Of a stretch of DNA of 64,000 bases, positions 1 to 8,467 are shown piece by piece. A program made the translations under genes and the position numbers. The notes under the pieces were generated by a model. The model ran no database searches, was not told where the DNA came from, and saw nothing but the letters and a program-made list of their open reading frames with translations. Source of the stretch: an uncultured Chitinophaga sp. (GTDB lineage Bacteria; Bacteroidota; Bacteroidia; NS11-12g; UBA9320); assembly GCA_964355045.1 (NCBI GenBank), contig CAYHCM010000002.1, positions 10,565 to 74,564 on the forward strand. Direction: 5' to 3'. The stretch's first letter is position 1, and each line of letters starts with the position of its first letter.

Positions 1-874
1 GGGGTATCAAAGCCATAGCCATAATTATAAAAATGATGATATTGCCCTAATTTACCAAGCCCTTAAAATGGGTTTGGTTGATTATTTTAAAAAATCAGGA
101 TTTACAAAGGCAATTCTTGGCCTATCGGGTGGATTGGATTCGGCAGTTGTGACAGCCTTAATAGCTGATGCAATAGGAGTAAAAAATGTGTTGCCGGTAA
201 TGTTACCTTCCAAATTTTCATCCGATCATTCCATTGACGATTCTCTTATTTTATGCCAAAATCTGGGGATGGAATTTGAAGAAATTGCTATTCAGGAGGC
301 AGTAAATTCATTTGAAGAACTTTTAGAACCCCTGTTTAAAAATTTAAAACGCGATGTAGCCGAAGAAAATATTCAGGCCCGAACACGTGGCATACTACTA
401 ATGGCTTTGAGTAATAAATTTGGCCATATTTTATTAAATACTACAAATAAAAGCGAGGCGGCTATTGGCTACGGCACCTTATATGGCGATATGTGCGGAG
501 GCATATCAGTATTGGGTGATGTGTATAAAACACAGGTGTATGAACTGGCTGAATATATTAACCGAAACGGAGAAATTATCCCTCAAAATATTTTAACAAA
601 ACCTCCAAGCGCCGAACTTAGCCCGGGCCAAAAGGACAGCGACAGCCTTCCCGAATATTCCTTATTGGATAAAATTTTGCATCATTATATCGAAAATCAG
701 TTAGGGCCCGAAGCTATTATAGAATTGGGATTTGACCCTGTTATTGTTACTAAAATTATAGCAATGGTTGACAGAAATGAATACAAACGGTTTCAGGTTC
801 CGCCCATTTTAAGGGTTTCAGATAAGGCCTTTGGAATTGGAAGGCAAATGCCGGTGGTGGGTAAGATAAATTGA
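1..874 (+). CDS. nadE: NAD+ synthetase, C-terminal synthetase (PP-loop ATPase) domain. It is partial at the 5' end: the frame is open to nt 2 with no stop, so the protein continues upstream of the window and is likely the glutamine-dependent form with an N-terminal CN-hydrolase domain.
   Basis: SGGLDS PP-loop motif and overall NadE-like sequence (…GLSGGLDSAVV…); translation of nt 2-67 in the same frame has no stop. Confidence 0.85.
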   Translation, partial: GYQSHSHNYKNDDIALIYQALKMGLVDYFKKSGFTKAILGLSGGLDSAVVTALIADAIGVKNVLPVMLPSKFSSDHSIDDSLILCQNLGMEFEEIAIQEAVNSFEELLEPLFKNLKRDVAEENIQARTRGILLMALSNKFGHILLNTTNKSEAAIGYGTLYGDMCGGISVLGDVYKTQVYELAEYINRNGEIIPQNILTKPPSAELSPGQKDSDSLPEYSLLDKILHHYIENQLGPEAIIELGFDPVIVTKIIAMVDRNEYKRFQVPPILRVSDKAFGIGRQMPVVGKIN

Positions 875-933
875 GATTAAAAGTTTGAAGCCATATGCAA
901 TAGATTCACAGAATAATTCGTTATTACCATTAA

Positions 934-2181
934 ATGAAAAAGCTAATAACCTCTGTAGCATCTCTAATATTATTTTTCGGCAATCTTTATTCACAAACTC
1001 TTAAAAAAGATACTATCTATTTTGATTTTGACCGGTATGAATTAAGAAAAGAATCAGAGCAAAAGTTATCTGAATTATCAAACTTTTTATTAATGGTTGA
1101 GGATTATAAAATTACTATTTCAGGGCATACGGATAGTTTGGGCAAAGAAAATTACAATCTCAATCTTTCTGAAAAAAGAGCTGAAGCAACTCGCAATTAT
1201 TTAATAAAAAATGGGTTGAATGAAACCAAATTAACCTGGCAAAGTTTTGGAGAAAGTAAACCTATTAGGCTAAATTCTAAAGAAAGATTAAGGCAACACA
1301 ACCGAAGAGTTGAAATTATTTGTGCTATTGAACCCAAAGTTGTTATCAAAAATATCATATCGGATTCAATGAATAAAAAGCCGGTAACCAAAAAATTTGA
1401 AAATGATACCATTATCCGCGGTGAAAAAGGAACAGAATTGGTATTAAAAGAAAAAACATTTTACCCCTATAAGATCAATGAAATCAGATTTGAAATCAGG
1501 GAAGTTTTTTCCAGAGGAGATATGATTTCAGAGGATTTACCAACGGTGGATAATAATGGAAACTGTTTGGTTTCGGCAGGAATGGTTTTTTTATCGGCTA
1601 CCTTAAACGGGAAACCTGTTCAACCCAATAAAGACAGCACATTTTTGATACGAATTCCTGCGGATAATATTGATACCGCAATGAAAATTTATAATGTAAA
1701 CAGTAATGGTGGTGCCACTTCGTGGGTTCAAACGAATATGAAGTTAACGTATGATAAAACCGGAGCCAAATTTTATGAATTCAAGACCGATATTCTTTCA
1801 AGTTACAATCTCGATTGTGTTCCGCTACTTTATCAGGCCGTAAACCTTGTGGCAAAACTTAAAGCAAAATTTAAAGAAAAAGGTTTGGTTGTAAAATCTC
1901 GGAAAATGAAATACGGTAAGGCTTATTTAACATCTGATGAAATTGTTATGGTCTCAAAAGGGAGACTTATTAAACCCAAAAAAGTAAATTTTTCACCTTG
2001 CAGTGTTAGAAATAACACAGTTTTTGTGGCTGTATTTGATAAAAAAGGTCAATCCTATTTAGTAAACAAACCGCTCAACCAGCTTAAATATAAAAGATTT
2101 AGAAACAGATATGTGATTCGTAAAAAGGACTATGTCCGTATGTCGAATGAACAAATCAAAGAGGTTTTAGCTTCGATTTAA
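934..2181 (+). CDS. Secreted protein with an N-terminal OmpA-like peptidoglycan-binding domain and an uncharacterised ~280-aa C-terminal region.
   Basis: Signal peptide MKKLITSVASLILFFGNLYSQ; OmpA_C-like core 'FDFDRYELRKES…ISGHTDSLGKENYNLNLSEKRAEATRNYL…RRVEI' at residues ~25-130; the rest has no motif I recognise. Confidence 0.6.
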   Translation: MKKLITSVASLILFFGNLYSQTLKKDTIYFDFDRYELRKESEQKLSELSNFLLMVEDYKITISGHTDSLGKENYNLNLSEKRAEATRNYLIKNGLNETKLTWQSFGESKPIRLNSKERLRQHNRRVEIICAIEPKVVIKNIISDSMNKKPVTKKFENDTIIRGEKGTELVLKEKTFYPYKINEIRFEIREVFSRGDMISEDLPTVDNNGNCLVSAGMVFLSATLNGKPVQPNKDSTFLIRIPADNIDTAMKIYNVNSNGGATSWVQTNMKLTYDKTGAKFYEFKTDILSSYNLDCVPLLYQAVNLVAKLKAKFKEKGLVVKSRKMKYGKAYLTSDEIVMVSKGRLIKPKKVNFSPCSVRNNTVFVAVFDKKGQSYLVNKPLNQLKYKRFRNRYVIRKKDYVRMSNEQIKEVLASI

Positions 2182-2237
2182 TAAGTACTTTATTGCTAAA
2201 AATCAAAAATTTTATAATTTTTATTTAATTTTGAAAT

Positions 2238-2816
2238 ATGCTTTATCCAATTGAGATAAAAACTTCGGAAAATTTAATCAGTGAAGAAGATTTTTTGAAG
2301 TTATGCTTGCATAATAAAGAAATTAATTTTGAGCGAAATGCCGATAAAACTATTCTTTTAATGACGCCAGGCTCAATGGAAAAAGGCCGAATTAATGCAA
2401 ATTTTTCTTTTCAATTAGTTAATTGGGAAAATGAAAACTCAACTCTTGGTTATACATTTGGCGCACGGGCTGGATTTACTTTGCCTAATGGTGCTGTGAG
2501 AAGTCCGAGTTTATCATGGATAGAAAAACGAAAGTATGATGAATTGCCAATTGAAGAAAAGGAACAATTTGCTCATATTTGTCCGGATTTTATTTTAGAA
2601 CACCTAACAAAGTTAGATTCAATTGTTCAATTAAAAAACAAAATGAACGAATATATAACTAATGGCTGTAGATTAGGATATTTAATAGATCATGAAGCCC
2701 GTCAGGTCTATGTTTATCATAACGGAAAAGAAATTATTAGATCTTTTTCGGATGAAATTTCTGGATATGATGTGCTGCAGGGATTCGTTTTGGATTTAAC
2801 TGTATTTAATAAATAA
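2238..2816 (+). CDS. Uma2-family (DUF820) putative restriction-endonuclease-like protein.
   Basis: Family-typical C-terminal region '…ICPDFILEHL…D…K…Y…G…YLIDHEARQVYVY'; paralogous to the CDS at 5399-5998. Confidence 0.6.
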   Translation: MLYPIEIKTSENLISEEDFLKLCLHNKEINFERNADKTILLMTPGSMEKGRINANFSFQLVNWENENSTLGYTFGARAGFTLPNGAVRSPSLSWIEKRKYDELPIEEKEQFAHICPDFILEHLTKLDSIVQLKNKMNEYITNGCRLGYLIDHEARQVYVYHNGKEIIRSFSDEISGYDVLQGFVLDLTVFNK

Positions 2817-2830
2817 ATATTGGTTTAAAT

Positions 2831-2860
2831 TTGACAACTTTTTAAAAGTTGTCAAATTTT
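2831..2860 (+). terminator. Perfect 25-bp palindrome TTGACAACTTTTTAAAAGTTGTCAA followed by ATTTT; putative intrinsic terminator of the upstream Uma2 gene.
   Basis: 10-bp stem and 5-nt loop read directly; sits 15 nt after the stop at 2816; a near-identical palindrome recurs at 45551-45579. Confidence 0.5.
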
Positions 2861-2993
2861 GAAATCGTAAATCGTAAAACTAAAATCTAAATTATTAAAA
2901 TGCATCCCCCTGCCCCCTTCGCCAATGCTCAATCCTTTGCGCAAGGGGGACATTCACCCGAAAAATTTGTTGTAATTTTGAAATCGTAAATCT
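2857..2993. repeat. 17-bp direct repeat TTTTGAAATCGTAAATC (2857-2873 and 2977-2993) flanking a GC-rich hairpin (~2913-2949, CCCCCTTCGC…GCGCAAGGGGG) in an otherwise AT-rich spacer.
   Basis: Both repeat copies and the hairpin read directly; the local GC island contrasts with its flanks; resembles an insertion with target-site duplication or a local duplication. Confidence 0.45.
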
Positions 2994-3004
2994 AAAATCG
3001 TAAA

Positions 3005-3484
3005 ATGTCAAACCGTATAGCAGTTTTCCCCGGAACCTTCGATCCATTTACCAACGGACATTTGGATATTGTTTTAAAAGCCTTAAAACTTTTTGATACA
3101 GTATTTATAGCCATTGGCCATAATGCAAATAAAAAGCATCTGTTCCCTATTGAAAAACGAATGGAATGGATTAAGGCCGTATTTGCCAATGAACCCAAAG
3201 TGAAGGTAGATTTTTATTCAGGCCTAACAAGCAATTATTGTAAAAAAATCAATGCCGACTTTATAGTTCGTGGCTTAAGAACCAGTTATGATTTTGAATA
3301 TGAAAAACAAATTGCCCGTGTTAATGAACATTTGAACGAAGGCATGCTTAATGTATTTTTAATAAGTGACGAAAGTGTAAGCTCCGTTAGCAGTACTATT
3401 GTTCGCGATTTGATAATATATGATGGGGATTATCAAAGTTTTATTCCGAAAGAAGTTGTGATTGACGTAAAACCTTTGCTATAG
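3005..3484 (+). CDS. coaD: Phosphopantetheine adenylyltransferase.
   Basis: N-terminal 'IAVFPGTFDPFTNGHLDIV' nucleotidyltransferase motif and size (159 aa) typical of CoaD. Confidence 0.9.
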   Translation: MSNRIAVFPGTFDPFTNGHLDIVLKALKLFDTVFIAIGHNANKKHLFPIEKRMEWIKAVFANEPKVKVDFYSGLTSNYCKKINADFIVRGLRTSYDFEYEKQIARVNEHLNEGMLNVFLISDESVSSVSSTIVRDLIIYDGDYQSFIPKEVVIDVKPLL

Positions 3485-4043
3485 CCGGATAGGTTTGCAT
3501 TTTCTCAGGGTTATAATTTTTCATATCCATCCACATGGCTTCTGTAATATTTTCTTCAGCCTGAGGTTTTAAGGATTCTGTCCCTTCATATTTCATCATA
3601 AACCAATAGGTGGTTTTTAAAATCCATTGGTTTTTATGAGCATAAACATGATAGGATGGTTTAAGTTTTTTGGTAACAGAAACCCCATTTATTCCACATT
3701 CTTCTTCAACTTCCCTTACTGCTCCCGAAATTTTGGTTTCTCCTTTTTCCAATTTACCTTTTGGTAAATCCCATTTCCCCAATCGTTCAATAAGTAATAA
3801 TTCACCTTTTTCATTTATTACAACACCTCCGGCAGCCTTGATATGTTTAAAATGTTTTTTAATGTCTTTCAATATTTTAGATTTATCACCGGTTATCAAT
3901 ACCTTGGAATTTTTAGAATTGAGAAAAAGTACAATAATAAATTTTAGCTGTGAATCCGTAGGATTATCATAAATATCTGTAAAACCGGGTTTTGGTTTTT
4001 TAGAAATATTAATTTGGTTTTGTTCGTAAAAAATGGTTTTCAT
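3441..4043 (-). CDS. NUDIX hydrolase.
   Basis: Nudix box 'GGVVINEKGELLLIERLGKWDLPKGKLEKGETKISGAVREVEEECG'; its 3' end overlaps the 3' end of coaD by 44 nt (convergent). Confidence 0.8.
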   Translation of the reverse strand: MKTIFYEQNQINISKKPKPGFTDIYDNPTDSQLKFIIVLFLNSKNSKVLITGDKSKILKDIKKHFKHIKAAGGVVINEKGELLLIERLGKWDLPKGKLEKGETKISGAVREVEEECGINGVSVTKKLKPSYHVYAHKNQWILKTTYWFMMKYEGTESLKPQAEENITEAMWMDMKNYNPEKMQTYPAIAKVLRQSQLLSE

Positions 4044-4077
4044 TGGTTTATCTCTGTAAGTTTGCGTTTCAAAAAAT

Positions 4078-4713
4078 ATGAATCCTGAAACATCCTCAAA
4101 AGTAGCTCAATATTTATTGGAAGCCAAAGCTGTAAAACTTAATCCTGAAAATCCGTTTACATGGGCATCAGGCTGGAAATCGCCCATTTATTGTGATAAC
4201 CGATGGACACTTTCATATCCTGGAATAAGAAGTTATATTAAGAAATCGTTGGCTTTGGGAATAAAAGAAAACTTTCCGGAAGTTGATATTTTGGTAGGAG
4301 TAGCCACAGCCGGAATAGCCATTGGTGCTTTGGCTGCCGATGAGCTTAATTTGCCATTTGCCTATGCCCGACCAAAGCCCAAAGAGCACGGTTTGAAAAA
4401 TCAGATTGAAGGCAAGGTAGAAATTGGCCAAAAAATTGTGGTTGTTGAAGATTTAATTTCGACCGGAGGAAGCAGCCTTAAAGTGGTTGAATATTTAAGG
4501 GAAAACGGACACATAGTTTTGGGTATGGCCGCTATATTTACGTATGGTTTTGGTGTAGCCGATGAAAGTTTTAAAAAAGCCAATTGCCCGCTTTTAACAC
4601 TAAGCAATTACTCCATATTGGTTGAAGAGGCTTTAAAATCAGGGTATGTTTCAGAGCAGCAAATAAAAAGTTTGGCCGAATGGCGAACCAATCCATCTGT
4701 ATGGAATCAATGA
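4078..4713 (+). CDS. pyrE: Orotate phosphoribosyltransferase.
   Basis: PRPP-binding motif 'KIVVVEDLISTGGSS' and overall PyrE-like length and sequence. Confidence 0.85.
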   Translation: MNPETSSKVAQYLLEAKAVKLNPENPFTWASGWKSPIYCDNRWTLSYPGIRSYIKKSLALGIKENFPEVDILVGVATAGIAIGALAADELNLPFAYARPKPKEHGLKNQIEGKVEIGQKIVVVEDLISTGGSSLKVVEYLRENGHIVLGMAAIFTYGFGVADESFKKANCPLLTLSNYSILVEEALKSGYVSEQQIKSLAEWRTNPSVWNQ

Positions 4714-4778
4714 AATTTCATGAAAATATTTTGAGTGTTGTAATAACTTTATATCTTTGACACTTAAACCCTAAAAAA

Positions 4779-5285
4779 ATGAATACTAAAATCAAAAATC
4801 TTCTTTTAAAAATGCGTCCATCAGGACTAATTATCGGCATAGTTATTGGTGCTACAGCCGTTTTTATTATTCAAAAAATATCTTTCTCCGATAAACTGGC
4901 TGCCAATGTATTGCCCGGTTCAGCGGCTCCTGTTTGCGGACTTACCCAAATGCCTGCTTCAAATACTACAAGCGGCATTATAACTACCGAAGCTGAATAT
5001 AACATGGCTGTAACTGCATACCAGCAAGCCCATCCTGATAATTCGCCGAGCGTAACCTGGGGGGGTATGATTGGAAAAAATCATTTGATTGCCATTATTA
5101 ATTCTCTTGCACCCGAGGCTACAGAAGTAAATTTTAAATTTATTTCAAATGCCGGTAATAATAAAACCAGTTTGTTTTTTCAGGGAGGAACTTACAATCC
5201 GGTAAGTGGTGATTTAGGAACTTCGAAATTATTTATCCGAACAGGTTCTGTATCTGATGCATTTTGTCCGCCGCGTTGTAATTAA
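4779..5285 (+). CDS. Hypothetical membrane-anchored protein with an N-terminal TM helix and a C-terminal CPPRC motif.
   Basis: ORF with hydrophobic segment 'LIIGIVIGATAVFII'; no recognised domain. Confidence 0.4.
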   Translation: MNTKIKNLLLKMRPSGLIIGIVIGATAVFIIQKISFSDKLAANVLPGSAAPVCGLTQMPASNTTSGIITTEAEYNMAVTAYQQAHPDNSPSVTWGGMIGKNHLIAIINSLAPEATEVNFKFISNAGNNKTSLFFQGGTYNPVSGDLGTSKLFIRTGSVSDAFCPPRCN

Positions 5286-5398
5286 AGATTTTACAATTAA
5301 TATTTTAGCTGAAAAGGCTTATGATTTAATAACTCCACTTTGAAAAGCGGAGTTATTAAATCGGTATGGGATTAATTTTGAAAACTTTACTTTGATGG

Positions 5399-5998
5399 TT
5401 ATTTAATATGATAAAATATATCTTCAACAGCTGCTTTCAGCTTTGGAAAAATGACACTTTCTATAGTGTCATCCTCTGTAAAAGGTTGCAATCCTATATA
5501 TTTACCTTTTTGTAAAGTATAAATCCAAACTGTTTTATTGGCAGGCTCTGCAATCCAATATTCCTGTACACCACATTCTTGATATAATTCAAACTTTGTA
5601 CTTAGCTCGTGTTTTGTATTGCCCGGTGATAAAATTTCTATGACCAAATCAGGAGCTCCATTATACCCTTGTTCATCCAATTTTGACTCATCACAAATTA
5701 CGCATAAATCGGGTTGTACAACGGTTGACGTAATCTTCCCTGAAGGAATTGGTAGCCGAACATCGAATGGAGCGAGATAAACCCTGCACGATTTTTTATG
5801 AAAAAAATTAATGAAAACTCTTGCTAAATCTGAAACGGTACTCTGATGCCGCTCATTTGGAGCTGGACTCATTTTTCTAATTCTACCACGAATCAATTCC
5901 ACTCTGTCACTAAATTGCCAAAGTAAATAATCAGCATAAGTATAGGTGCCATTAAGGTCGAGTTTTGTATAATCGGTTATAATTCCTTCCGCATTCAT
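5399..5998 (-). CDS. Uma2-family (DUF820) putative endonuclease, second paralog.
   Basis: '…PDLVIEILSPGN…KFELYQECGVQEYWIAEP' core typical of Uma2/DUF820; similar to the protein at 2238-2816. Confidence 0.6.
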   Translation of the reverse strand: MNAEGIITDYTKLDLNGTYTYADYLLWQFSDRVELIRGRIRKMSPAPNERHQSTVSDLARVFINFFHKKSCRVYLAPFDVRLPIPSGKITSTVVQPDLCVICDESKLDEQGYNGAPDLVIEILSPGNTKHELSTKFELYQECGVQEYWIAEPANKTVWIYTLQKGKYIGLQPFTEDDTIESVIFPKLKAAVEDIFYHIK

Positions 5999-6228
5999 GA
6001 TTACGAAATTAATTTATTTTTCAAAGAAAGACACGAACTTAACAGGAATTTTTTATTTTTCAAAATAGTTTAAACCGAAATGCGCTTATTTGTTGGAATC
6101 CTTAACCAAATGTAATCGGCTGCTTAATCTTAATTGTTTTAGAATTGAATTTATACAGAAACATAAGGATAAAATGTTAAAACTTTTCTAATCTACCATT
6201 CATATGTATAATTTTTATTTTTTATAGC

Positions 6229-6448
6229 AAGGTCATATGGAATGCCTAATTTGATGTGTAATTCATGTATTTTATTTCAAGGCCACATCGAACTTGCGTT
6301 TCAGTTGTGGTTAGTTTGAACTAAGTGCTAATGGGTATTTCATATGATTGAGAAAAAAAAACCACAAATAAAGATTTTACAACGACTTGGAGGCAACACC
6401 GTGAAATGCCCAGGTTACAAATTAAATTTGGGCATTCAATATGACCTT
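6229..6448. repeat. MITE-like small palindromic element. It has ~20-bp inverted repeats: AGGTCATATGGAATGCCTAA at 6229-6249, and complement-orientation copies at 6318-6339 and 6429-6448. It is homologous to the element at 57056-57125.
   Basis: Inverted-repeat copies read directly; the internal segment 'GTGGTTAGTTTGAACTAAGTGCTAATGGGTATTTCATATGA' matches 'GCGGTTGGTTTGAAATCTTCTAATGGGTATTTCATATGA' at ~57086. Confidence 0.55.
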
Positions 6449-6520
6449 AGTTTAAAAATAAAAATAAATTACATATTAAACCCTATTTGATGAATTAACC
6501 CTGATGCCGAATAATTAATT

Positions 6521-7528
6521 TTATTTGCAATACTTATCCAAAAATTCTTTGGCCATTTCACCGCTTTGCTTAAACTCTTTGCAAGCTGCGCCTGTATTTC
6601 CAAGGTTTATTTCGGCTACTCCCATATTGTAATGAATAAGTTCCCGATCAGGATAATTTAGCATTAATGCAATAGACAGATCATTGAGTGCTTTGGTGTA
6701 GTCTTTATTTTCGAGGTGAAATATTGCACGATCAAAAAACAATCTCGCCTCCTGATTATTTAATTTTATGGCGCTCGAATAATCCTCAATGGCAGCGCTA
6801 TATATTTCCATAGCAGCATACGCTTCACCGCGTTTAAGAAATGCTATGTAATTTGTTTTTTCATTAATAAGATACACCGTGTAATCTTCAATAGCTTTTT
6901 TGTAATTTTTTTTCAAAAGGTAATAATGTCCTCTCGACAAAAATAATTCAATGTTATCCGGTTCCAAATCAATAGCCTTACTCATATCAGCAATGGCACC
7001 GCTTGTGTCCAGCATCCTTAGTCTTACGGTACTTCGGGTTGAATAATCATCGGAAGTAGATGGGCTAAAACTTAAATAGGTTTCAAGATCTTTATCGGCC
7101 AAATCCATTAAATTTAATTTGCTGAGTGTATTGCTTCTTGCCAGATATGCATCCGGATCGCCGGGTTTTAAATTCAAATACCGGTTAAAATCTTTTAATG
7201 CATTAGTGTAATCTTTGGTCATATAGTTTAAAAACCCCCGGTTAAAATAGGCATCTATCAATGTGGGTTTCAGACTAAGTGCATTATTTATATCTTTATA
7301 TGCTTCGGGATACGAAAGCAATTCGCCATATACCGAACCCCTGCCTAAATAGGCCTCAGCAAATTCAGGATTAATATCTATGGCGGTTGTATAATCTTTG
7401 ATGGCACCCAGCATATTGCCTTCTTCCATTTTATTATTGCCACTTTGCACCCATTGTTCAGCCGATTGACAATAGCTGTATTGAACAGAAAAAATTGGTA
7501 ATAAGAGGTAAAATAATTTTTTGACCAT
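6521..7528 (-). CDS. Tetratricopeptide-repeat protein with a signal peptide.
   Basis: Multiple TPR-like 34-aa repeats (…AYLGRGSVYGELLSYPEAYKDINNALSLKP…); N-terminal signal peptide. Confidence 0.7.
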   Translation of the reverse strand: MVKKLFYLLLPIFSVQYSYCQSAEQWVQSGNNKMEEGNMLGAIKDYTTAIDINPEFAEAYLGRGSVYGELLSYPEAYKDINNALSLKPTLIDAYFNRGFLNYMTKDYTNALKDFNRYLNLKPGDPDAYLARSNTLSKLNLMDLADKDLETYLSFSPSTSDDYSTRSTVRLRMLDTSGAIADMSKAIDLEPDNIELFLSRGHYYLLKKNYKKAIEDYTVYLINEKTNYIAFLKRGEAYAAMEIYSAAIEDYSSAIKLNNQEARLFFDRAIFHLENKDYTKALNDLSIALMLNYPDRELIHYNMGVAEINLGNTGAACKEFKQSGEMAKEFLDKYCK

Positions 7529-7701
7529 AATAACCGTATTAATTTACTGACAAAAGTAAAGCAATAACTTTTTTTAACATCTATTTCAGATTTGCCTTAT
7601 TTCCACAGAATATGTATTAATTACATATTATTGTACATTGAATTATTTACGAATTTAGTCCCGATAGGAATCGGGAAGATTTACGATTTTTATTAAAAAC
7701 T

Positions 7702-8442
7702 ATGAGATCAAAACGCCAAAAACTTTTTATTGTACTGGGAGGCTTTTTTATAATAAATGCCATTGTCGCCGAGTTTATTGGGGTCAAAATATTTTCACTG
7801 GAAACTACCTTAGGGTTGCAGCCATTTAAAATTCCGCTATTTGGCTCAGAGTTTTCATTTAACCTTACAGCCGGCGTATTGCTATGGCCGGTGGTTTTTG
7901 TAATGACGGATATTATCAACGAACATTTTGGAATAAAGGGGGTAAAGTTTCTTTCATGGCTTACGGCAGCCTTAATTGTCTATGCCTTTTTTATGGTATT
8001 TATGGCTATCCAATTAGTGCCGGCCATTTGGTGGCCGGGCTCTCAATCAGCTAATGGAGTGCAGGATATGCAGGTTGCATTCAGGTCGGTATTCGGGCAG
8101 GGATTATGGATAATCGTGGGTTCACTTATTTCTTTTTTGGTTGGGCAAATATTGGATGCGGTTATTTTTCAAAAGCTAAAACTTATTTACAAACATAAAA
8201 TGTTATGGTTAAGGGCTACTGTTTCTACGCTTTTTTCACAATTAATTGACAGCTACTTAGTGCTTTTTATTGCCTTTTATATTGGAAACAATTGGTCATT
8301 CCAAAAGGTATTGAGTATTGGAACCGGAAATTATATTTATAAATTTTGTATAGCCATACTTATGATTCCGGTTTTGTATTTCATCCATTATTTAATAAAC
8401 AACTATTTGAAAAATGATGTGGAAGATTTGGAAGGGAACTGA
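7702..8442 (+). CDS. Queuosine-precursor transporter family (YhhQ/DUF165) integral membrane protein.
   Basis: Polytopic membrane protein with 'VVFVMTDIINEHFG' signature characteristic of the YhhQ family. Confidence 0.65.
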   Translation: MRSKRQKLFIVLGGFFIINAIVAEFIGVKIFSLETTLGLQPFKIPLFGSEFSFNLTAGVLLWPVVFVMTDIINEHFGIKGVKFLSWLTAALIVYAFFMVFMAIQLVPAIWWPGSQSANGVQDMQVAFRSVFGQGLWIIVGSLISFLVGQILDAVIFQKLKLIYKHKMLWLRATVSTLFSQLIDSYLVLFIAFYIGNNWSFQKVLSIGTGNYIYKFCIAILMIPVLYFIHYLINNYLKNDVEDLEGN

Positions 8443-8467
8443 TAACCGGTATTTCGAAAAGTAAATA

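Noticed and set aside
3670-4607. Small ORFs 3670-3972(+), 4213-4431(-) and 4401-4607(-).
   Set aside because: They lie entirely within and antisense to the well-supported NUDIX and pyrE genes and have no features of their own.
7641-7701. Possible preQ1 riboswitch upstream of the YhhQ-family (queuosine-precursor transporter) gene: a hairpin UCCCGAU-AGGA-AUCGGGA followed by an A-rich tail '…AUUAAAAACUAUG'.
   Set aside because: YhhQ genes are often preQ1-riboswitch controlled and the A-rich tail resembles the preQ1-I 3' tail. But the hairpin loop is only 4 nt and lacks the conserved preQ1-I loop nucleotides, so it does not fit class I, II or III by eye. It is more likely part of the recurrent AAATCGTAAAT leader motif (present here in reverse orientation).
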